Origin: an uncultured Trueperaceae bacterium
Lineage (GTDB): Bacteria; Deinococcota; Deinococci; Deinococcales; Trueperaceae
Length of the DNA stretch: 64,000 bases
Reading direction: 5' to 3'
Assembly: GCA_963727505.1 (NCBI GenBank)
Contig: CAVSGP010000005.1
Location: forward strand, 96,001 to 160,000
Part shown: positions 1-7,796 of the stretch, one piece after another
How the letters are laid out: every line of letters begins with the position of its first letter
Numbering within the stretch: position 1 is the first letter of the stretch
Program-made: the position numbers and the translations under genes
The notes under the pieces: generated by a model
What the model saw: only the letters and a program-made list of their open reading frames with translations
Told to the model about the DNA's origin: nothing
Database searches by the model: none

Positions 1-371
1 AGCCGATGGTCCTCCCAGCGTCCGCCGCGCCCGAGCAGGGTGAAGCCGGGGACCGCCTCGGCCAGGCGGGGGAGCACCCGGACGTCGTGGTTACCCGCGA
101 TCGCGAGCACCGGGATGCCCGCTTCGGTGAGCCGCTCGACGCCCTGCCGGAGGTCGGCGAACGCCTCGAAGAAGTCGTCGTCCTGGTCGACCACGTCACC
201 CGCCAGCAGGAGGGCGTCGACGCCGCGGTCCAGCGCGATCTGTACGAGACGCCGCCACCCGGCCGCCGGGTCGAGGTCGTCGGCGTGGTCGGCCAGCGCC
301 TCCGGCAGACGCGAGGGCCGCCGCCCGAGGTGGATGTCTGCCGCGCACAGGAGCCTCACACGCCCCATCAT
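1..371 (-). CDS. SbcD/Mre11/YhaO-like DNA repair exonuclease (metallophosphoesterase); 5' part only, runs off the window edge
   Basis: Not in the ORF track. Manual translation gives MMGRVRLLCAADIHLG...LLLAGDVVD...AIAGNHD, containing the DxH, GD and GNHD motifs. The start may be GTG at 359. Confidence 0.85.
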   Translation of the reverse strand, partial: MMGRVRLLCAADIHLGRRPSRLPEALADHADDLDPAAGWRRLVQIALDRGVDALLLAGDVVDQDDDFFEAFADLRQGVERLTEAGIPVLAIAGNHDVRVLPRLAEAVPGFTLLGRGGRWEDHR

Positions 372-531
372 GCCTGCTCGCGTCGTTCCGTGAGCGGAGG
401 CGCCGGCACCGGCCCACGCCCGCACTCGGCGACGCCGTGGTGCGAACGCGTCGTCCGCGGCCGTCCCGGAGCGACGCGCCGTTCGCAACCCCGGCTCGAA
501 GGGTCGCTCGCCGGCCCGTGTACCGTAGGCC

Positions 532-1662
532 ATGGCCGCACGCCGTCTCCTGCTCCTCGCTCCCGCGCTCGCCCTGCTGTTCCTCACGGCCTGCGTGCCG
601 AGCGTCTACGATCACCCCTACCCGGTGAGGCCGGTCGAGCTGCCGCGCGACCAGGCGGCCCACGCCGCTCCGATCGAGTGGTGGTACTACACCGGTCACC
701 TCACCGACCCTCAGGGGCGTCACTACGGGTTCGAGCTCACCTTCTTCAAGGCCTACCCGCCCCCGTCGATGAAGGCGTTCGGGCCGGTGCCGATGTCGGC
801 GATCATGGAGAAGGCGTTCGTCGGGCACTTCGCGGTGACCGACCTCTCCCGCAAGACCTTCGCGAGCGCCCAGAAGTCGACGACCTGGGGCTACCAGGGG
901 GGCGCCTCGTCGAGCCGCTTCGACGTCCACGTCGCCGACTGGTCCGCCCAGGGCGTGCCCGGCGGCAACGCTCAGCACGTCCATGCCGAGGGCGACGGCT
1001 ACAGCATCGACCTGACGCTCGACCCGCGGAAGCCCGCGGCGCTCCACGGCGACCCGCCCGGCATCCAGTCGATGGGTCCCGGCGGTACCAGCTACTACGT
1101 CTCGTACACCCGCATGGCCGTGACCGGCACGCTGGGGGTCGACTGCACCTTCTTCGGCTGCCGCGACCTGAAGGTGACCGGCCTCGCCTGGCACGACCAC
1201 CAGTGGGGCGACTTCAAGATGACCGGCTACGCCGGCTGGGACTGGTACAGCCTGCAGTTCAACGACGACACCGAGCTCATGCTCTACCTCATCCGTGGCC
1301 GGGACGGGGGCTACGCGACCGCGGCGGGCAGCTTCGTGACGAAGGACGGGCGCACCGTCCACCTCACGTCTCGGGACTTCGAGGTCACCCCCACCGGCGA
1401 GACCTGGACGAGCCCCGCCACCGGCGCGTTGTACCCGTTGAGCTGGCGCGTGCGTGTGCCCCGCTACGGCATCGACGTGACGGTGACGCCGGTGATGAAG
1501 GACCAGGAGATGAACACCCGCTCGACCACCGGCATCGTCTACTGGGAGGGCGATATGCGGGTCACGGGCTCGACGCCTGGCGTGGGATACGTCGAGCTCA
1601 CCAACTACGACCGGCATCCCTTCCGGGGCGGTTCGCGTTCGTCCTCGACAGAGGGGCCCTGA
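532..1662 (+). CDS. Lipocalin-like AttH/CrtC-family (predicted secreted hydrolase) lipoprotein
   Basis: Lipobox LTAC; motifs EWWYYTGHL, SYYVSYTR, AWHDHQWG, GWDWYSL, YWEG and GYVELT. Confidence 0.8.
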   Translation: MAARRLLLLAPALALLFLTACVPSVYDHPYPVRPVELPRDQAAHAAPIEWWYYTGHLTDPQGRHYGFELTFFKAYPPPSMKAFGPVPMSAIMEKAFVGHFAVTDLSRKTFASAQKSTTWGYQGGASSSRFDVHVADWSAQGVPGGNAQHVHAEGDGYSIDLTLDPRKPAALHGDPPGIQSMGPGGTSYYVSYTRMAVTGTLGVDCTFFGCRDLKVTGLAWHDHQWGDFKMTGYAGWDWYSLQFNDDTELMLYLIRGRDGGYATAAGSFVTKDGRTVHLTSRDFEVTPTGETWTSPATGALYPLSWRVRVPRYGIDVTVTPVMKDQEMNTRSTTGIVYWEGDMRVTGSTPGVGYVELTNYDRHPFRGGSRSSSTEGP

Positions 1663-1713
1663 GCCTCCGCGAGTCGATGACCGGGCCGGGTCCGGCATCG
1701 GGGCCGAACGGCG

Positions 1714-3024
1714 CTAGGGTGCACTTCTTGCCGGCGCTGCGCCGTCGGCCGTCGGCCGGGCCCGCCGCCGTCGCATGAGCGCCAGGGCGGCCAGAACGAA
1801 TGCGCCCGCCACCCAGAGCAGCCCGGCATAGCCGGTGAGTGCGGCGATGAACCCGCCCAGCAGCGAGCCGATGACCGCCGCCACGGCGCCCGAGGCGGCG
1901 TAGAGGCCCATCGCCTCGCCCTGGGGAAGGCTCGAGCTCTCCGCCGCGAGGTCGGAGCCGGACACCGCCAGCAGCGACCAGGCCAGTACGACCAGCCCGA
2001 ACCCGGCCACCGCCAGCCAACCCCGCACCGCGACGTGGGTCAGAGCGACCAGGGTGAGGAACACGAGGGCCGCCAGGCGTAGGCCGAGGCCGGTCCGGTA
2101 GACCGCGCCGGCGCTCAGGCGCCTCGAGGCGCTCCCGGCCGGCCCGTAGAGCAGCAGGCCCACCGCGGCCGCGCCCGCGAAAGCCCAGGATGCGGCTCCC
2201 GTCTGGAGGCCGAAGACGTGCCCCATCACCAGTGGGTAGAAGGAGAACAAGGCGGCGCTGCCGACGTTGCCGAGGAACCAGCTGCCAAGGAAGTCCAGGA
2301 AGGGGGAGCGGCCGTTCCGCACGAGCCTCGGCAGCTTCGTCAGCGCCCGCATGAGGTGTGGCAGGTGCGCGTGGCTCATCATCGTGCCGAGCACCATGCC
2401 GCCATGGCGGGCGTGGTGGTGTCCGGCGACCGGCCGCTCCGTCGGCGTCGACATCGGCACGACCCGGAACATCGCCGCAGCCAGCACGGCCGCGAAGCCC
2501 GCGAAGCCGAGCGCCAAGGAGGCGCGCGACGCGCCGAAGGCGCCGGCCACCACCAGGCCCACGACCTGCCCCGCTCCGTAGAAGGTTTGCAGCCAACCGA
2601 AGCGGGCCCCCCACGACGCTCGTGGATGCCGCTCCGTGATGAACAGATTGGCGACGGTCGCGGTCGCCGACGCCGCCAGCCCGATGACCAGCGCCGTCAT
2701 GACGAACCAGCCCAGGCTGTGCCTGAGCGGGAACGCGCCGATGCCGGCGGCCAGGACCGCCAATCCCAACGCGTACAGCGGACGGTGCGATCCCGTCCTG
2801 TCAGCGAGCGCGCCCCATAGCGGCGCCGCCAGCATGCCGAGGTTGAAGGCCGCCATGACCAGGCCGGGAGCGGTCGGGCCACCCGTGCGCTCCGCCAGCA
2901 GCGGCAGCGCGATGGGCGCTACGCCCGCGATGACGAGCCCCAGCAGGGCATAGGACAGGTACCAGCGCTGGATGGGTCCGGAAGTGTCGGTGACGACGTC
3001 GGGCTTCGCCGGCGGACGTTCCAT
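1714..3024 (-). CDS. MFS transporter
   Basis: About 12 hydrophobic segments; motif A-like GALADRTGSHR; His-rich central loop; SD AAGGAG. Confidence 0.85.
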   Translation of the reverse strand: MERPPAKPDVVTDTSGPIQRWYLSYALLGLVIAGVAPIALPLLAERTGGPTAPGLVMAAFNLGMLAAPLWGALADRTGSHRPLYALGLAVLAAGIGAFPLRHSLGWFVMTALVIGLAASATATVANLFITERHPRASWGARFGWLQTFYGAGQVVGLVVAGAFGASRASLALGFAGFAAVLAAAMFRVVPMSTPTERPVAGHHHARHGGMVLGTMMSHAHLPHLMRALTKLPRLVRNGRSPFLDFLGSWFLGNVGSAALFSFYPLVMGHVFGLQTGAASWAFAGAAAVGLLLYGPAGSASRRLSAGAVYRTGLGLRLAALVFLTLVALTHVAVRGWLAVAGFGLVVLAWSLLAVSGSDLAAESSSLPQGEAMGLYAASGAVAAVIGSLLGGFIAALTGYAGLLWVAGAFVLAALALMRRRRARPTADGAAPARSAP

Positions 3025-3315
3025 GCGGTCACTCCTTCGCCGCGAAGAGCCGGGAGTCTTGCCCCCGGCGACCCAACCAGCTATATCAGACCGCCCCGGA
3101 ATCGGCGGTAGTCCTCCGCGCGGACGCGGAGGGCATCTGACCCTTCCCCCTCCGCACGACCGGCGCTAGCATGCCTTCGGCGCGGCGGCCCGCCGAGCCG
3201 CGGCACGTCCCATCGGGGTGTGTTCGCGCCCGCCGCCGACGACGTCGCCGAGGGGCTTCGGCCCAACGGCGCCCGCGTGCGAGCGGACCGTCCACGCCGG
3301 GAAGAAGGCGTGTCG

Positions 3316-5874
3316 ATGGATGCATCGCGCCCTCGTTCGCAGCGCCCCGAGTCTCCCCCTAGAAAGCAGCAACGTTCCGACAAGGACGTGACGCCCTCCG
3401 GGCAGGACGCCAGAGAGCTGGCGGAGGTGCCCGTCGAGGAGCTCTTCCGACGCTTCGAGAGCGGCCCCGACGGCCTATCCGGAGAGGAGGCCGCCGTGCG
3501 CCTGGAGCGTTACGGCCGCAACTCCGTCGAGGATCGTCACGAGAGCGCACTCCTGAAGCTGCTCGGCTTCTTCTGGGGGCCGATCGCCTGGATGATCGAA
3601 GTCGCGGCCGTATTGTCGGCGGTGGTCGGTCACTGGACCGATCTCATCGTCATCGTGGTGATGCTGCTGTTCAATGCCCTGGTCGGTTTCTGGCACGAGT
3701 TCCAGGCGTCGAACGCGGTGGAGGCCCTGAAGAAGCAGCTCGCGTTGCACGCGCGCGTCCGACGCGACGGTCGATGGGCCCAGATCGACGCGGCCGCGTT
3801 GGTTCCGGGCGACATCGTGCGGCTCCGGCTCGGCGACGTGGTGCCGGCCGACGTCAAGCTGGTCGAAGGCGACTACCTGTCGATCGACCAGTCCGCCTTG
3901 ACCGGCGAGTCGCTGCCGGTCGACAAGGCCGCGGGCGATCTCGGCTTCTCCGGGTCGGTGGTGCGTCAGGGCGAGATGTCGGGCCTGGTCGTGGCTACGG
4001 GCGGGAACACCTTCTTCGGCCGTACGGCGCAGCTGGTCGCCGGCGCCAAGTCCGAGTCGCACTTCCAACGTGCCATCCTGTCGATCGGCGACTACCTGAT
4101 CTACCTGAGTCTCGGTCTGGTGGCGGCGCTGGTGGTGGTCGAGCTCTTCCGCGGCACGCCGTTCCTGGAGCTGGCGCAGTTCGCGCTGATCCTGACGGTG
4201 GCCTCCATCCCGGTGGCGATGCCGGCCGTGCTCAGCGTCACCATGGCGATCGGCGCCACGGTACTGGCCCGCATGAAGGCCATCGTGGCGCGCCTCGAGT
4301 CGATCGAGGAGATGGCCGGCATGGACGTGCTGTGCTCGGACAAGACCGGCACGCTCACGATGAACGAGTTGCAGCTCGGCGAGCCCGTGCTGTTCGGCGA
4401 CGCCGACGAGAGGACCCTGCTGACGGCCGCGGCGCTCGCCTCCGACGAGGCCAATGCCGACGCCATCGACCAGGCGGTGCTGGCGGGGGCCGCCGAGGCG
4501 GGGGCGGCGGCGGGCGGCTTCCAGCGCGATAGCTACGTGCCCTTCGACCCGGTCAAGAAGCGCAGCGAGGCCCGTGCAACGTCCGCGGAGGGGGATTCCT
4601 GGCGCGTGACCAAGGGTGCGGCGCAGGCCGTGCTGGCGCTCGTCGACCTCGACGAGGACGCGCTGCACGCGGTGCACGCGAAGGTCGGTGAGCTCGCCCA
4701 CCACGGCTACCGCACTCTCGCGGTGGCCCGCGCCGTGGGTGAGGAGCCGTGGCGGATCCTGGGGTTGCTGGCGCTGTCCGATCCTCCGCGGAGCGACTCC
4801 GCCGACACCATCAGGCAGGCGCGGGAGCACGGCATCGAGGTCAAGATGGTCACCGGCGACAACCTGGCGATCGGCAAGCAGATCGCCGGGGACCTGGACC
4901 TGGGGACCGACCTGTTGCCGGCCGGGAACCTGTTCGAGGAGGGGCACCCGGAGAAGGATACGAATGACTGGGTCGAGCGGGCCGACGGCTTCGCGGAGGT
5001 CTTCCCGGAGCACAAGTACCGCATCGTGAAGGCGCTGCAGGCGCGGGGGCACATCGTCGGCATGACCGGCGACGGCGTCAACGACGCACCCGCTCTGAAG
5101 CAGGCCGATGTCGGCATCGCCGTGAGCGGCGCCACGGATGCCGCGCGCAGCGCAGCCGACCTGGTGCTCACCGCTCCGGGGCTGTCGGTCATCGTACGGG
5201 CCGTGGAGGAGGCCCGGCGCACCTTCGAGCGGATGAACTCCTACGCCATCTACCGCATCACCGAAACGATCCGCATCATCTTCTTCGTCACGCTGGCGAT
5301 GATCGTCTTCCGCACCTACCCGATCACCGCCATCATGGTCATTCTGCTCGCCCTGCTGAACGACCTTCCGATCCTCACGATCGCGTTCGACCGGACGGTG
5401 CTCGCCGACGAGCCGGTGCGCTGGGACATGCGGCGCGTGCTCACCATGGCGACCGCGCTCGGGCTGGTGGGGGTCGTGGAGACGTTCGCGCTGCTGGCAC
5501 TGGCGCGCGCCTACCTGCCGCTGGACACGAGCCAGCTGCAGACCCTCATCTACCTCAAGCTCGCGGTCGCCGGCCACCTGACCCTGTTCGTGGCCCGCCA
5601 GCGCGGCTTCTTCCTGTCCCGGCCCTTCCCCGGTCCCGCACTGCTCGTCGCGATCCTCGGCACGCAGGCGGTCGCGGTGCTGATCGTGGGCTTCGGTGTC
5701 TTCGTCGCGGCCATCCCCTGGTGGGCGGTCGCCGCGGTGTGGGCGTACTGCCTGGTATTCGTGTTCATCGAGGACGCGCTCAAGCTCGCCGTGTACAAGA
5801 CCCTCGATCTCGGCGGGCCGGGACACCGGAGCTTCCTGCAGCGCCTGCAGCAGAGGCTGCACAGTCACGCGTAG
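3316..5874 (+). CDS. Plasma-membrane proton-efflux P-type ATPase (P3A-like)
   Basis: Motifs TGES, IPVAMP, CSDKTGTLT, KGA, MVTGD, TGDGVNDAPALKQAD and TM6 LLNDLPILTIAFD. Start uncertain (3316 or 3388). Confidence 0.9.
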   Translation: MDASRPRSQRPESPPRKQQRSDKDVTPSGQDARELAEVPVEELFRRFESGPDGLSGEEAAVRLERYGRNSVEDRHESALLKLLGFFWGPIAWMIEVAAVLSAVVGHWTDLIVIVVMLLFNALVGFWHEFQASNAVEALKKQLALHARVRRDGRWAQIDAAALVPGDIVRLRLGDVVPADVKLVEGDYLSIDQSALTGESLPVDKAAGDLGFSGSVVRQGEMSGLVVATGGNTFFGRTAQLVAGAKSESHFQRAILSIGDYLIYLSLGLVAALVVVELFRGTPFLELAQFALILTVASIPVAMPAVLSVTMAIGATVLARMKAIVARLESIEEMAGMDVLCSDKTGTLTMNELQLGEPVLFGDADERTLLTAAALASDEANADAIDQAVLAGAAEAGAAAGGFQRDSYVPFDPVKKRSEARATSAEGDSWRVTKGAAQAVLALVDLDEDALHAVHAKVGELAHHGYRTLAVARAVGEEPWRILGLLALSDPPRSDSADTIRQAREHGIEVKMVTGDNLAIGKQIAGDLDLGTDLLPAGNLFEEGHPEKDTNDWVERADGFAEVFPEHKYRIVKALQARGHIVGMTGDGVNDAPALKQADVGIAVSGATDAARSAADLVLTAPGLSVIVRAVEEARRTFERMNSYAIYRITETIRIIFFVTLAMIVFRTYPITAIMVILLALLNDLPILTIAFDRTVLADEPVRWDMRRVLTMATALGLVGVVETFALLALARAYLPLDTSQLQTLIYLKLAVAGHLTLFVARQRGFFLSRPFPGPALLVAILGTQAVAVLIVGFGVFVAAIPWWAVAAVWAYCLVFVFIEDALKLAVYKTLDLGGPGHRSFLQRLQQRLHSHA

Positions 5875-5948
5875 CCGGGTGAACGAAGCGGGACGTTTGA
5901 CTAAAGTTGCCGTTCGGTGGAAAGGCCGTCTGGCGCACTTGCCCTGGC

Positions 5949-5975
5949 CCCATGTGGGAATTTCTCCCACATGGG
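5949..5975. promoter_or_regulatory. Perfect 11-bp inverted repeat CCCATGTGGGA-N5-TCCCACATGGG, candidate operator
   Basis: Read directly from the sequence; intergenic, upstream of the LuxR regulator. Confidence 0.55.
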
Positions 5976-6122
5976 CGTCCCGGATGGCCCCGACCGTCCG
6001 AACGCAGCCTGACCGCCATGCTGGAGGCAGGAAACGGCGCGGCCCGCGGCGCACGCGTGCATCCCATCGACGGGTGCGCCGCCGGGCGGCGCCATCGCTC
6101 CCACGAGAGGCAGGGTGCGGGC

Positions 6123-6827
6123 ATGGTCGGCATCAGTGGCAGACTCGGCATGTACGAGCGTCGCGGGCAGGCACCGGCAACGGCGGAGGTTCGCGTGTTG
6201 CTCGGCGCGCCCCAGCTCATGATGCGGCAGGCGTTGTCGGCCGTTCTCGGCGGTCACGCGCGGATGCGCGTCGTGGGCGATGTGGGCAGCGGGAAGGACG
6301 CGCTGCGGTGGGCGCTCGAGGTGCGCCCCGACATCACCCTCCTCGATTCCGGCCTCGGGCCGGTGGACGGTGTCCATGCCGCCTTCGCCATCCACGAAGA
6401 GGATCCGGGCCTCAACCTCGTTCTCCTCGGTGACGGCTACGTCGATTCGAAGGAGAGCGCCGAGCTGGAAGCGATCACGGCCGCGCGCGTGTCGAAGCGC
6501 CTGAGCATGCAGGCCCTGGTCGACGTGCTCGTTCGCGTGTCTCAGGGAGAACGCCCCGGAGACGTGCCGGGGGGGCCGGTCATGGCGCCGCCCCCGGCGC
6601 TGGCGGTGGCCGGTCCTGGCCTGAAGCCCTCCGAGCGCGTGCTGCTCGAACTACTCGTCGACGGCAGCGACAACCGCGTGTTGGCCGAACGCCTCGGGTG
6701 CACCGAGAAGACGGTGCGCAACCGCTTGAGTGACCTCTACGCCAAGCTGAATCTGCGCAACCGCACGCAGGCTGCGCTGTACGCCATCCGCATCGGTCTT
6801 GTCGACCCGTCGAAGGTCGAGGCCTGA
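6123..6827 (+). CDS. NarL/LuxR-family response regulator with atypical receiver
   Basis: Receiver-like RPDITLLD; C-terminal LuxR HTH (SERVLLELL...NRVLAERLGCTEKTVRNRLSDLYAKLNLRNRTQAALYA). Start uncertain (6123 or 6150). Confidence 0.8.
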   Translation: MVGISGRLGMYERRGQAPATAEVRVLLGAPQLMMRQALSAVLGGHARMRVVGDVGSGKDALRWALEVRPDITLLDSGLGPVDGVHAAFAIHEEDPGLNLVLLGDGYVDSKESAELEAITAARVSKRLSMQALVDVLVRVSQGERPGDVPGGPVMAPPPALAVAGPGLKPSERVLLELLVDGSDNRVLAERLGCTEKTVRNRLSDLYAKLNLRNRTQAALYAIRIGLVDPSKVEA

Positions 6828-6875
6828 CACCCGGGTGGACGGAGCCTAGGCGCCGTTCGGTGGGTGTTCGGACCC

Positions 6876-7796
6876 TCAAACGGGGTTCGGTCGGTGCGCG
6901 GTGTGCTCCCCGGTGGCCCGCCTCGCGGCGGGAAACGCGCGCACGCGGCGCTCGCCGGCGTACACGTTGAAGCGCCGGTCGCGCAGGAAGCCGACCAGCG
7001 TCACGCCGAAGCGCTGCGCGACCTCGACCGCCAGGCTGGAGGGCGCCGAGACCGCCGCGAAGAAGGGAACCCCCGCCGCCACCGCCTTCTGTAGCAGCTC
7101 GTAGCTGGCGCGCCCGCTCACGCACACCAGGTGGTCGGCCAGCGGCAGGCGACCCTGCAGCAGTGCCCAGCCCAGGAGTTTGTCGAGCGCGTTGTGCCGG
7201 CCCACGTCCTCGCGTAGTGCCAGCAACGTCCCGTCGGGGCGGAACAGTCCGGCGGCGTGAAGGCCGCCGGTGCGGCCGAAGACGGCCTGCGCCTCGCGAA
7301 GTCGCTCCGGCAGCGACTCGAGCACCCCTGCCGCAACCACTGGACCAGGCGCCAAGGGCGCCGGGCAGCGCACCTCGAGGGTGTCCAGGTGCGCCTTGCC
7401 GCACACGCCGCAGGCGCTGGTCATGGTGAAGTGCCGCTCGAGCCGTTCCAGTGCCGGCAGCTCGGCGGCGCGAAGCTGCACGTTGACGACGTTGGCGCGC
7501 TCGTCCTCGGGTACCGCGGTGCAGTAGCGGATGCTTCGGAGTTCCTCGCGCGTGTGGACGATGCCTTCGCCGTGCAGGAAGCCGGCGGCCAGCTCGAAGT
7601 CGTTGCCGGGCGTGCGCATGGTTACGGCCACGGTGGTGCCGCCTGCGTACGCGGCGCGCGGCGTGTCGGCGCCGGTCATCAGCCGGATCTCGAGCGGCTC
7701 CTCGGCCGCGACGACATCGCGTTCCGGCATTCGGCGCTCATCGCCCTGCACGCGCGTGACGGCGACGCGTCGGGTCGGCCGGGAGGTCCCCCTCAT
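6876..7796 (-). CDS. fdhD: Formate dehydrogenase accessory sulfurtransferase FdhD
   Basis: Motifs EEPLEI, TMRTPG, SACGVCG, TGGLHAA, EDVGRHNALDK and SAPSSLA. Confidence 0.95.
   Translation of the reverse strand: MRGTSRPTRRVAVTRVQGDERRMPERDVVAAEEPLEIRLMTGADTPRAAYAGGTTVAVTMRTPGNDFELAAGFLHGEGIVHTREELRSIRYCTAVPEDERANVVNVQLRAAELPALERLERHFTMTSACGVCGKAHLDTLEVRCPAPLAPGPVVAAGVLESLPERLREAQAVFGRTGGLHAAGLFRPDGTLLALREDVGRHNALDKLLGWALLQGRLPLADHLVCVSGRASYELLQKAVAAGVPFFAAVSAPSSLAVEVAQRFGVTLVGFLRDRRFNVYAGERRVRAFPAARRATGEHTAHRPNPV

Noticed and set aside
3475..6054. Long antisense or alternate-frame ORFs (also 6..1778, 8067..10199, 28440..30701, 45540..47426, 55847..58468)
   Set aside because: These are typical stop-poor shadow frames in high-GC DNA that overlap motif-supported genes and carry no motifs of their own.
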